Origin: Deltaproteobacteria bacterium | GTDB taxonomy: Bacteria > Desulfobacterota > Binatia > UBA9968 | Direction: 5' to 3' | DNA length: 36,628 bases | Assembly: GCA_016184235.1 (NCBI GenBank) | Contig: JACPDC010000084.1 | Span: forward strand, 1 to 36,628 | Part shown: piece after piece, positions 1-9,456 of the stretch | Position numbering within the stretch: the first letter of the stretch is position 1 | Layout: each line of letters opens with the position of its first letter | Made by a program: the position numbers and the translations under genes | Notes under the pieces: model-generated | What the model was told of the DNA's origin: nothing | The model's database searches: none | Seen by the model: the letters and a program-made list of their open reading frames with translations, nothing else

Positions 1-350
1 CGCCGCATTCTGGCTTGCTGCGAGTGATAATCCGGGAAAAAGCAGGGAAACAATTATGATTAGGGATAGCAATGTCTTACTCCAATTTCCCGTGGAGCTT
101 TTGACTTTTATCACGAAATTGTCGACAAACTAGTTAGTGATAAGAAGTTCCTTTTGAGGGTGAGCCACCGAGAACCCAAAATTGCCCTGCCGGTCCGGCG
201 TCGGCCCGCCCTCAGGAGCCTCTAGCAGCCATCAGAGAAACCAGACTGGCCCGGTCCCCGCCTTTTGGGCCGGACAGTATCCGATAATGTGCAGTTATGT
301 CAAAGCCCCGACCCGAAGATAAGGCTGGACATCCACCCCCAAACTATAGT

Positions 351-1484
351 TTATCTGACAGTGTACCGGCCGTAACCTCTACGCTTTAACTCCTCGACCA
401 GCTCCTTCACCTCCTGGGAGCGCTCCATAGCGGCGATCAAAAGGGCATCGGCTGTGTCTACGACCACGAGGCCCTGAACGCCCAACAGGGCGACCAGGCG
501 ATCGCGGGAATAAACAAAGCAGTCCTTCGACTTGAATCCCAGCCATTTGCCGAGGCCGACGTTTCCCTTGCCGTCGTGAGGCAGCATCCTGTGGGCCGCG
601 GCCCAGCTGCCGACGTCGCTCCAGCCGAATCTCCCTTCGAGGGCGAGCAGCCGGCCGGCGGCGCCGGCCTTTTCCAGGACTGCGTAGTCGATCGAGATGT
701 TGGGCATCTTGCGGTATTCTCTGCGCACCACGGCTCGCAGGCTTGCCGACGGATTTGCCAGCCCTTTGTCCCGCATCGCCGCCCGGATTCTTTCCAGGCT
801 GCGAGCGATGGGAGGCGAGAACCGCCGCAACATCTCCAGAATAGTGGAGGCCCTCCAGACGAACATCCCGCTGTTCCACAACGAACCGCGCCGCACCAGA
901 TGCGCGGCTCGTCGCCGGGTGGGCTTTTCCTTAAAGCCTTTAACCCGGTAGCAAGGCACGCCCCCGGGCCCCTTGAATTGTTTTCCCTTCAGGATATAGC
1001 CGTAACCGGTCTCCGGATAGCTCGGCCGGATGCCGATGGTAACGAGAGAGTCGCCTGCGCGCGCCAGGCGGATCGCGTCTCGAAGCGCGCGGGAAAGGGA
1101 ACCCGGATCAGAGACCCAATGATCGGCCGGGAGGATTGCCATGACCGCGTCCGGGTCCCTGGCCGCCACCTCCAGGGCGGCGAGACCGATGCAAGGCGCC
1201 GTGTTGTTTCCTTGGGGCTCTACGATAAAATTTCTTTCGGCGAGGACGGGGATCTCCCTTCGGACGGCGTGGTAATGTTCCGCCACCGTCACCACGAGGG
1301 TGTTCCGGGAGCCGAAGAGGGGCGCGGTGCGATCCACGGTCTCGCGGATCAGGCTCTTTCCGCTGAGGATTTTAAGAAGCTGTTTGGGGTGTTGGGGCCG
1401 GCTGAGCGGCCAGAAACGGGTCCCTTTGCCTCCCGCGATGATGGCTGCGTAAGCGTGCCGTTCCATATCCAGAGCTTTTATCAT
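351..1484 (-). CDS. mannose-1-phosphate guanylyltransferase-like sugar nucleotidyltransferase (ManC/CpsB type)
   Basis: The N-terminal motif AIIAGGKGTRFWPLSR is the G-x-G-T-R NTP-transferase signature of ManC. PADH, EKP and GWSDVGSW blocks follow. The start is ambiguous: ATG at 1484 or 1466, while the GTG at 1541 would overlap the divergent gene. Confidence 0.8.
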   Translation of the reverse strand: MIKALDMERHAYAAIIAGGKGTRFWPLSRPQHPKQLLKILSGKSLIRETVDRTAPLFGSRNTLVVTVAEHYHAVRREIPVLAERNFIVEPQGNNTAPCIGLAALEVAARDPDAVMAILPADHWVSDPGSLSRALRDAIRLARAGDSLVTIGIRPSYPETGYGYILKGKQFKGPGGVPCYRVKGFKEKPTRRRAAHLVRRGSLWNSGMFVWRASTILEMLRRFSPPIARSLERIRAAMRDKGLANPSASLRAVVRREYRKMPNISIDYAVLEKAGAAGRLLALEGRFGWSDVGSWAAAHRMLPHDGKGNVGLGKWLGFKSKDCFVYSRDRLVALLGVQGLVVVDTADALLIAAMERSQEVKELVEELKRRGYGRYTVR

Positions 1485-1522
1485 AAACTTTGAGCTCTTC
1501 AATCTGTAAGTTGCGTTTTGGC

Positions 1523-2457
1523 ATGAAGGAGCATCCTGCACCGGTAAACTCCTGGATTGTTCCTCCCGGAGAAGAGGCGATCCGGCTCGACGCGTTCGTG
1601 CGGCGCTGCCTGCCGTATTTGTCTCAGCGGGAGGCGCACCGGGCGATCGCGGAGGGAGCCTTTTGGATCAACGGCCGTCCCGGGAAGAAGGGGCAGAGGC
1701 TATTTGCCGGGGATGTCCTTTCCTACAGAGGGGAGCCGCATCTTTTGGCGGCCGCTCCAGTGCCCGGGTCCGATCTTCGGGTTCCCGTGCTCTATGAGGA
1801 TGAGTGCGTGCTGGTTCTGGACAAGCCGGCGGGACTAGCGACGCACGGATTTTCCGGCAGGGAGAGGCGATCGTTGGCAAACTTCTTGCTCGCTATCCGC
1901 CCATCGCTCGCCGGAGTGGGCGCGAGCCGCTGGGAGCCGGGGCTGGGGCGAAGGATCAGGATTCCTTCCAAGAGCTACGCTCGCAGTTCCGGAAGGGCCT
2001 GATTCGGAAAAGATACTGGGCGCTGGTCCGGGGGAGGGTAAAAGGGGAGCAGGTCCTGGCATACCCTCTCGCCCATGACCCGCGAAACCGGAAAAAAATG
2101 ACCGCCGTGAGAACGGAAGAAAAAAGACCGGGCAGCGCGAGAAAATGGCGAGCCTCAACCCGACTCAAGGCCTTGGCGTCGTCTCACGGATTTACCTTTC
2201 TCGAAATCGATATCAGCACCGGTGTTACCCACCAAATCCGCGCCCATCTGGAAGCGCTCGGACACCCGTTGTTAGGAGATCCTCTCTATGGGGCCGGCCA
2301 GCCCGACCCGTTCGGGCTCGGACGTCAGTTCCTGCATGCCTGCGATCTGCGCTTTCGCCACCCCAGGAGCGGACTTGACGTCAGCGTGACGAGCCCGTTG
2401 CCCGAGGATCTGGGGAAGGTTTTAGACCGCTTGGGAATCAGGCGGCCGTGCCCTTGA
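1523..2457 (+). pseudogene. RluA/RluD-family 23S rRNA pseudouridine synthase, split over two frames with the catalytic block missing
   Basis: Frame 1 (to 2002) has an S4-like N-terminus and VLVLDKPAGLATHG. The frame ending at 2457 has AKDQDSFQELRSQF, RKRYWALVRG, GVTHQIRAHLEALGHPLLGDPLYG and FLHACDLRF. The join lies near 1940-1950, and no HRLD-type block is visible in any frame. Confidence 0.75.
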
Positions 2458-2797
2458 TGCCCTTCTCTTTGGCGCACGCGCTGCAAAGGTTGAGCCGGCT
2501 CTGCGGGTCCTCGACAAGCCCCTCGTCGAGATTGTGGCAGACCTTTCTGCACTCCGCGCAAATGAAGTAGACGCCGTCGATGTTTTTATTGATTTTTTCG
2601 CGGTTGAGCACCCGGCCCTTAAGCTTCTCGATGCGGATTCCCAGAAGCTCCTCGTAGTTTTTCTTGATCTTGAGCCTGCCGGCCTCATCGCTGGGGAGAC
2701 CTTGCTCGTCCGTCTCCTCGTGGTTGGCATCGTCGAAGAAGCCGCGACTCCTGCCCTTTGCCGGACGGCCCACAGATTTCCTCTTCGTTCTTGGCAT
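2438..2797 (-). CDS. small basic zinc-ribbon protein (possibly DksA/TraR-like C4 finger)
   Basis: 119 aa with a Lys/Arg-rich N-terminus, a short predicted helix, then CAEC...(21 aa)...CSAC. Its 3' end overlaps the convergent rlu pseudogene by 20 nt. Confidence 0.5.
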   Translation of the reverse strand: MPRTKRKSVGRPAKGRSRGFFDDANHEETDEQGLPSDEAGRLKIKKNYEELLGIRIEKLKGRVLNREKINKNIDGVYFICAECRKVCHNLDEGLVEDPQSRLNLCSACAKEKGIKGTAA

Positions 2798-2964
2798 CTC
2801 TTACTCTCCGGGATCGAATGATTCGCTCAAATGATGGCCCCTCAAAGGATTCCTCGAACACAAAAGCCGGAGAAGCTGCTAGGCTTCCCGGCTGTTTACT
2901 TCATAGATGAACCGCTGCGCGGTTGTCAATAGACAGGCCGTTGCAAAAGGCCCATCCCGAGCCG

Positions 2965-3441
2965 TCATGCGCCCCGCAGGCGCAGCCCCAGCCAGATGGT
3001 GGCGACGGCGAGGAAAAGGATGGCGAGCGAGGATGCGCTAAGACGTCGGGTCAGGGACTGGAGCTCCCGGGGCGAGAAGGGCTCACCCTGCTCGGATCGT
3101 CTGACGAAACGGTGGGCAACCGCCATGGATTGATAGGTGCTGAAAATGATGAGGAAGAAGGCGAGGGCGAGTTTCCACGTCAGCGTCATGCCCAGCTCTC
3201 TCAGGAAGAGCTCCCGATAGGCCGCTTTTAGATCGGTAAGCTGGAAGGCGCCGGACAAGATCAATATCCCGAGCGACGCGGTTTGCAGCGGGTTATAGAG
3301 CTTGAGACCGCGCGCGAGCAATTTTACCTGTTCTTCGTGGCTCGGAAGCGCCGAGAGCGCCGGTAGGAGCACAAGCCACAGGCCGGCCAAAGATCCCACG
3401 TAAACTGTGAGCGAGGCCAGATGAAGCCAGGAGATCAGCAT
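2965..3441 (-). CDS. hypothetical integral membrane protein (about 4 TM helices)
   Basis: 158 aa with four hydrophobic stretches (LASLTVYVGSLAGLWLVLL, ASLGILILSGAF, LALAFFLIIF, LAILFLAVATIWLGL). It lies 10 nt downstream of the ferredoxin-fusion gene on the same strand. Confidence 0.55.
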   Translation of the reverse strand: MLISWLHLASLTVYVGSLAGLWLVLLPALSALPSHEEQVKLLARGLKLYNPLQTASLGILILSGAFQLTDLKAAYRELFLRELGMTLTWKLALAFFLIIFSTYQSMAVAHRFVRRSEQGEPFSPRELQSLTRRLSASSLAILFLAVATIWLGLRLRGA

Positions 3442-3453
3442 GGAGCAGGGACG

Positions 3454-4293
3454 CTATATCCAGCCGAACAGGGCTCCCTTTTTGGCTGGCTTGCCCGGGG
3501 CGTCGTAAGACTCGCTGATCTCCAGGAGGCACGCTTTGATTTGGGCCAATTCCTCCCGCTGGTGCGCTTCGAAGTCCTTTAATTCCTTGGCGCGTCTTTC
3601 CTTGAATTCCAGCAGCTCTCTTTGCCGCTTCGCTCGAAACTCGGCTTGCCCCCGCTGCCACCTGTCGTAGAATTCCTTCAAAGCGGTCCGAATGCGGAAG
3701 TTCAGGTTGTCCTTTACCACCATCGATTTATGGCAGTGGGGGCACCACAGGACATTGCCGATGCTGAAGTGCCGCGCGGGCTCGGCATACCTTTCGCCGC
3801 ATTTGAAGCAGCAAACCTGGATCTCCCAAGCGTCCATCTCCGGCAGCTCCAAGAAGGAAAGCGGGCCCTCCACTCCGTCCAGACCATCCGCCGGGGATGC
3901 CGCCGGAACAGGTTGGGCGGGAGCCGCAGGCGTCGCCACGGGGGCCGGAGCGCGAGGGGGCTCGGCCTTCTTCGCCGGGGCCGCCGCCGGAGGCGGTTTT
4001 CCCGCCCCTTTGCGGAAGCGCGACTCAAAGGCGTCTGCGAAATTGACGTCCTGGTGCAGCGCGCGGGCGCGAGCGATAAGAATCTCTTCGGCCTCAACGT
4101 TATTGGGATCGGTGACGCAGCAGTCCACCGGGCAGACGGCCGCGCACGCCTCGTAATCGTGGAAGCCGACACATTCGGTGCAGAGCAAGGGGTCGATGAC
4201 GTAGATTTCCTCCCCTTGAGAAATTGCGTTATTAGGGCACTCCGGCTCGCAGGCCCCGCAGTTAATGCAATCGCTGGTGATCATCGTTGCCAT
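3454..4293 (-). CDS. YfhL-type 2x[4Fe-4S] ferredoxin fused to a Pro/Ala linker, a Cys4 zinc-ribbon and a charged coiled-coil tail
   Basis: The N-terminus CINCGACEPECP...CTEC...CAAVCPVDC is a dicluster ferredoxin. A PPPAAAPAKKAEPPRAPAPVATPAAPAQPVPA linker follows, then CCFKCG...CPHCH, then a KRQRELLEFKERRAKELKDFEAHQREEL tail. Confidence 0.7.
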   Translation of the reverse strand: MATMITSDCINCGACEPECPNNAISQGEEIYVIDPLLCTECVGFHDYEACAAVCPVDCCVTDPNNVEAEEILIARARALHQDVNFADAFESRFRKGAGKPPPAAAPAKKAEPPRAPAPVATPAAPAQPVPAASPADGLDGVEGPLSFLELPEMDAWEIQVCCFKCGERYAEPARHFSIGNVLWCPHCHKSMVVKDNLNFRIRTALKEFYDRWQRGQAEFRAKRQRELLEFKERRAKELKDFEAHQREELAQIKACLLEISESYDAPGKPAKKGALFGWI

Positions 4294-4464
4294 AATCGGC
4301 GGTATCCCCCTAAATGCTCTATTAATATTCCTGCGAAATAATCCAGGAAATGCATTCTAGACAGAACCGTGAAGATTTGTAAATAGCCTTCACCCTCTCG
4401 CGCTTGTTTTCACAGGCTCTATTTAATAGAATGACGTTTCTGCGGATGGGGAGAGAAAAACCGC

Positions 4465-5199
4465 ATGGCTGTCAGATCTTCAAAGAAGAAGCGGGCGGGT
4501 GCTGCCGCCGCACCCGTAGCGCAGTCCATCGCTGAAATGAAAGAGGCGATGCTTCAGATTGGCTCCGTCATGCAAGAGGCGGCGACGGAGGCGCGCCGGG
4601 CCGACGAGATCCGGCAGCGGAGACTGCTGGCGGAGGAGTCGGAGACAAAGCTTTCGATGCGAATCCACGAGTTGCAAGAGGAGCTTACCAAACAAGAAGA
4701 TCTGGTGAAAAGGCGCGAGCTCGAGATCCAGGAAAGGCGCGTCCAGAGCGACGATACGAGAACGGCCGTGCTCGGGGCCCAGCTGAGGGAGCAGGGGGAG
4801 AGGCTGAGACAAAAGGAGGCCGCGCTCAGAGAGCAGCAGGAAAGCTCGGCTGCTCGAATCCGAGATCTGGAGGAGCAAATCGGGAAGACAGCCGGGCTCC
4901 TGGAGAGTCGCGACGTGGAGATCGGGACTTTGCGCGCTAAGTTGGACGAGCTCCAGGGCCTTCCGGATGGCAGTGTTACGCTCACAGAAGAGAACGTCGT
5001 GCTCCTTGAGGAAGTAGCGCAAGGATCGGAGCCGGAGCATTCGCCGCGCGATGAATCTGAGGCGCGTGGCCTCAGGATCGGCCGGTCGATGCGACAGATT
5101 GTGACACGGTCGGGAGACACGGCTCAGCCGGTGCCTGCGCCGGATCGGAAGAAGTCGCGTTGGGCCAGCCTGCTGGCGCCGGTCAAGAAGGGAAGCTGA
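4465..5199 (+). CDS. coiled-coil protein of unknown function
   Basis: 244 aa rich in Glu/Arg/Leu/Gln with heptad-like stretches (ELQEELTKQEDLVKRRELEIQERR). No enzymatic motif. It sits directly upstream of the ExeA-like gene. Confidence 0.55.
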   Translation: MAVRSSKKKRAGAAAAPVAQSIAEMKEAMLQIGSVMQEAATEARRADEIRQRRLLAEESETKLSMRIHELQEELTKQEDLVKRRELEIQERRVQSDDTRTAVLGAQLREQGERLRQKEAALREQQESSAARIRDLEEQIGKTAGLLESRDVEIGTLRAKLDELQGLPDGSVTLTEENVVLLEEVAQGSEPEHSPRDESEARGLRIGRSMRQIVTRSGDTAQPVPAPDRKKSRWASLLAPVKKGS

Positions 5200-5252
5200 G
5201 GGATTATCAGACAGATCCAGGATCATTCACAGGCGCGGACAGCAGGACGACA

Positions 5253-6395
5253 ATGAACAAGAGACCTTTCAGTCTCACAGCGGACCTCGATTTTCTGTTT
5301 CTCAGTGAGGGGCACATGCGCGTCTTCGGCGAGATCCTTGCCGCTATCAACCGCCGCGACGGGCTCATATGCGTGACCGGGGAGCCCGGCATCGGCAAGA
5401 CCATTATCTGCCGGCGTCTGCTGGAGGAGTTGGGTGATGAGTATCACGTCGTGCTCGTCACTACCCCGCCGAAGAGCCCTCAGGCGATGACCGAGACGCT
5501 CGATGAAGCCTTCGGGACAGCGGCGGGAGATTCCAGGATTCCGGTGGCGGTTTTCGACGAGGCCCAGCACCTGGATTTCCGCTGTCTCGACCACATCAAG
5601 TTTCTCACGAACCTGGAAAAAGAAGGCGAAAAACTCTTGCAGATCGTTCTCGTCGGGCAGCCCGAACTCGCCGAGAAGATAGGCCACAAGCGGTTTACCC
5701 AGCTCGAACAGAGAATCGGGGCGAAACTAGAATTGGGACTGCTGCACAAGAAGGAAGTATGGCCCTATCTCAATCATCGGCTGAGCGTCGCCAAGCTTGC
5801 CGAGGAAACCCGTTTTACGAAGGGCGCCGCCCGGTTCCTGTACCGGGAGACCGAGGGCGTGCCGCGCCTCGTCAACCGGATCGCCAATATCGCCGTCGAG
5901 CAGGCCCTGCAGGAAAATAAGCCAAAAATCGGGGCCAGGGACGTCAAACGAGCCGCGACCAAGGTGAGCGCGTCGCGCAGCGACTGGAAAGAGGAGGTGA
6001 GCCCGCGCCGGGAAGCCCCGCGATTCGCTTTCTTGTCGATCCTTTTAGTGTTATCGGCTGGTTCGTATTTCTATTTCAATGCAGAATGGCTCTTTTCCCT
6101 GGTCCCGACGGAGGTGAGTGAAAGCCGGCCGGCTCCAGCTCGACCCGAGTATGCGCTGAAGCTGGGCGCTTTTCTCCTGAAGGAGCAAGCCGAAGAATTC
6201 CGTGAGCGGCTGGCGAAGGAGGATTTTAGCGCCACGGTCGCGGCGAAGGATTTCGGCGATGGGTGGACCCTTTACCAGGTGCGTTTGCCGGGTCCCTATA
6301 CTGAGTTCGAGGCAGGCAACATCATGAATAGACTCGGTCGGTTAGGGATACAAAGCGTCGAAAAAATTCCTCTCAATTCCGACAAGGCAGACTGA
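5253..6395 (+). CDS. ExeA/GspA-like AAA ATPase with a C-terminal TM segment and SPOR-like peptidoglycan-binding domain
   Basis: Walker A is GEPGIGKT, Walker B-like is VAVFDEAQHL, and LQIVLVGQPEL is typical of ExeA-type ATPases. The TM segment is FAFLSILLVLSAGSYFYF. The tail YALKLGAFLLKEQAEEFRERL...GWTLYQVRLPGPY resembles SPOR. The ATG at 5253 was chosen over the upstream in-frame extension. Confidence 0.75.
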   Translation: MNKRPFSLTADLDFLFLSEGHMRVFGEILAAINRRDGLICVTGEPGIGKTIICRRLLEELGDEYHVVLVTTPPKSPQAMTETLDEAFGTAAGDSRIPVAVFDEAQHLDFRCLDHIKFLTNLEKEGEKLLQIVLVGQPELAEKIGHKRFTQLEQRIGAKLELGLLHKKEVWPYLNHRLSVAKLAEETRFTKGAARFLYRETEGVPRLVNRIANIAVEQALQENKPKIGARDVKRAATKVSASRSDWKEEVSPRREAPRFAFLSILLVLSAGSYFYFNAEWLFSLVPTEVSESRPAPARPEYALKLGAFLLKEQAEEFRERLAKEDFSATVAAKDFGDGWTLYQVRLPGPYTEFEAGNIMNRLGRLGIQSVEKIPLNSDKAD

Positions 6396-6481
6396 CACCC
6401 GCCCCCGGACAGCTCGCTTGTCTTTTGGCTATCTATCGAATAAAATAGCGCTTCCCAGGAAAAAACTAGGGCGAAATTCCT

Positions 6482-7156
6482 ATGGCCGAGTTTTCGGAGC
6501 AAACGCAAGGCGAGGGCGAATCACGTCCGGGGCTGGACGAAATCTCCGAGCTTCAGGAGCGGCTGGCCCGGATCGACTCCCTGATCCAGCAGGCTACCGA
6601 GCTGGTCGTTCAGCAAGCGGGACGGGCCGGCGAGATCCAGGCGGGGCTGGAAGCGGCGACATCGGAAGTCCAGCTTCAAGAAGGCGAAATGCAGGTGTCC
6701 CGGAAAGCGTCCGGTCCCGGGGAGCTGGATCAAGACGCGGCCAAAAGAATACAGGAACTGGAGAGCCAGCTGCGGGAAAGGCAGGAGCTCGTGGACGGTT
6801 GCAACGCGGAGCTCGACGAACTCCGGTCGAAGTTTGAGGAGGCCTCGGCGCTGGCGGCGGCGCAGGCCGAGCAGACCGTAGAGATGCAGCAACGCTTGGA
6901 AGGCGAGGTGGCGGCGCTCAAGAGCGAGCTTGCCGAAAAAGAAGAATCGTTGCGTCAAAAGGATCTCGCCATGAAACATACGGAAGAGAGCCTGACGGGG
7001 TTGGAGGAAAGCCTGGTCAACCAGATTCGCATTCTGGAGGATCAGTTGGAGCAGATGGTTCAGAAGGCCGGTCCTGAGGCAATGGAGCCAGGGAAAAAGG
7101 GAAAGGCCTCGCGGAAATCCCGGAAGCAAGGCTCGGAAAACGCGGATCCAGTGTAA
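6482..7156 (+). CDS. coiled-coil protein of unknown function
   Basis: 224 aa, Glu/Leu/Gln-rich heptads with a Lys-rich C-terminus. It lies between the ExeA-like and GspE-like genes. Confidence 0.55.
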   Translation: MAEFSEQTQGEGESRPGLDEISELQERLARIDSLIQQATELVVQQAGRAGEIQAGLEAATSEVQLQEGEMQVSRKASGPGELDQDAAKRIQELESQLRERQELVDGCNAELDELRSKFEEASALAAAQAEQTVEMQQRLEGEVAALKSELAEKEESLRQKDLAMKHTEESLTGLEESLVNQIRILEDQLEQMVQKAGPEAMEPGKKGKASRKSRKQGSENADPV

Positions 7157-7168
7157 AGAGAGATCCAG

Positions 7169-9450
7169 ATGGCCACGCCGGAAACCCCACTACGGGCAGA
7201 GCGAGGCGGAGTCCAGGAAGACTCCGCCGTAAAAAAGCTGCAGGAAAAGCTGACCGCGAAGATCCAGGATCTGGGGAACCGGGTGAAGGAGACGGAGAAG
7301 CTCAAGCTCCGGCTCGGAGATCCCGGGTCCGACATCGAGGAGCTGAGGAAGCAGGTCGCCTACGCCGAGCAGGTGAAGCAGATCATGAACCAGATCCACG
7401 CGGCCAAGGATCTGGATCAGATCTTCGTAGAACTGCGGGAGGGGCTCCTCGGGCTGCTGGACGCGCAGCGCCTCACCCTCTACGGCGTGGACTACGAACG
7501 GAAGGAGATCTACTCCAAGTTTTTGGATCCCGACACGCAAAAGGATATCAAAGAGATCCGCGTGCCCATCAACGAGCAAAGCATCGCCGGCTTCGTCGCC
7601 AAGAACAGGAAGGCCATCAATATCACGGATGCCTATAACAAGGCGGAGATCACCAAGATCAGTCCGTCGCTCTCGTTCGACAGCTCCTGGGACAAAAAGA
7701 CCGGATTCCGGACCAAGCAGATACTGACCCTCCCGCTGTTCTCCGCGGATAACCTGCTCACCGGAGTCATGCAGCTCATCAACAAGAAGAGCGGCGACTC
7801 TTTTACCAAGGAGGACGAGGAGAAGATACGAGAAATCGCCACAACGCTGGGAATCGCCTTTTACAACCAGTACCAACTGCTCAAGAAAAAGCCCACCAAG
7901 TTCGACTATCTGATATCGGCCGGCTTGATCACCCAGGCCGAGCTGGATGCGACCATCAAGGAGGCGCGGGAGAAGCAAAAAGAGGTGGAGCCGCTTCTGC
8001 TGGAAAAGTACAAGATCGCCAAAAAAGAAATCGGGAAATCTCTCAGCATTTTTTATAAGTGTCCGTTCGTGGAATATGAGGAGAGGGTGTTTGTCCCCCC
8101 GGAGCTGGTGAAGAATATCAGCCTCAATTACCTCAGGGCCAACTACTGGATCCCGCTGCGCCGCGGCGAGGATTCGGTGGAGGTGCTGATCGACGATCCC
8201 TACTCGTTTCAAAAGCTGCAGGACGTCAAGCGGCTTTTCCCGGTGAAAGAGGTCAAGTTCTTCGTCGGTCTGCGCGACGACATCCTCAGGTTTGTCAGCT
8301 CGGTCGCGACCGATCTCGACCCGAACGCCCCCAAGCAGTCCATCGCCGCCATCCTGGGGGAGCTGACCACGGAAGATCAAACGAAGGCGGAGGAGAGCGG
8401 GGGACCCGTCATCGATGAGAACGACAGCGCGATCGTCCGGCTGGCCAATCAGATCGTCATCGACGCCTACAAGGCGGGCGCCTCGGACATCCACATCGAG
8501 CCCTACGGGGACAAGAGAGAAACCGTGATTCGCTTCCGTGTCGACGGGGACTGCTACGAGTACCAGAAGGTGCCGCCGAGTTATCGCCGGGCGCTTTCCT
8601 CACGCTTCAAGATCATGTCGCGCCTGGATATCTCGGAGCGGCGCAAGCCCCAGGACGGAAAGATCAAGTTCCGCTTGCCGGACCGGGATATCGAGCTGCG
8701 CGTCGCCACGCTGCCGACCTCGGGGCTGGACAACGAGGACATCGTCATGCGGATCCTGGCGGCCAGCGAGCCGATGCCGCTCGATAAACTGCAGATGTCG
8801 GAGAGGAATCTGCGTGAGTTTAAGCTCCTGTTGGAAAAGCCCTACGGCATCATACTCTGCGTCGGACCGACCGGATCGGGGAAAACAACGACGCTCCACT
8901 CGGCGTTGGGATATATCAACGAGGCGAGACCGGCATCGAGGCCTCGCTCACGGGCCACCTGGTTTTCAGCACGCTGCACACCAACAACGCGGTCGAAACC
9001 GTGACCCGCCTCCTGGAGATGGGGATGGATCCGTTCAACTTCGCCGATGCCCTTCTCGGGGTCCTGGCCCAGCGGCTGGCGCGAACCATCTGTAAAAATT
9101 GTCGAGAAAAATACCATCCGGAGAAAGCGGAATACGACGCCCTGGCCTACGGATATGGCGAGGAGGCCTTTGCCAAGCTGGGGATCGCCTACGACGATGA
9201 ATTTTTTCTCTATCGCGGCAAGGGTTGCGACACTTGCAACAAAACCGGCTACAAGGGGAGGGTGGGACTCCATGAGCTGCTGGTGGCGACCGCTGAGATC
9301 AAGCGCCTCATCCAGGCGCGCGCCTCGGTCCCGGAGATCCTCAAGGTGGCGGTGAATGAAGGGATGACCACCCTGGTCCAGGACGGCGTGCTGAAGTCTC
9401 TCCAGGGAGCGACCGATTACAAGCAAGTCAAAGCCGTAGCCATGAAATAG
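7169..9450 (+). pseudogene. coiled-coil-GAF-GspE/PilB-type secretion ATPase, internally deleted and frameshifted between Walker A and the His box
   Basis: Intact parts: a GAF-like region (IFVELREGLLGLLDAQRLTLYGVD...GVMQLINK), a T2SSE_N-like region, Walker A GPTGSGKTTTL, then in another frame ETGIEASLTGHLVFSTLHTN and the C-terminal CKNC...CDTC zinc motif. The Asp box and Walker B are absent. The junction is near 8918-8928. Confidence 0.8.
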
Positions 9451-9456
9451 CCTCTC

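Noticed and set aside
1-350. ORF-free, comparatively AT-rich left edge of the window.
   Set aside because: I found no recognisable RNA gene, repeat or promoter motif. It is probably the 3' flank of the ManC-like gene plus the intergenic region of a gene outside the window.
7190-8494. 434-aa ORF antisense to the GAF-GspE gene. Similar long shadow ORFs occur at 576-1493 (+), 10913-12154 (-), 14681-15793 (-), 19071-20414 (-) and 35137-36218 (-).
   Set aside because: The translations are Arg/Gly/Pro/Leu-rich with no recognisable motifs. Each is nested opposite a gene with strong family signatures. Long antisense ORFs are expected in GC-rich DNA.
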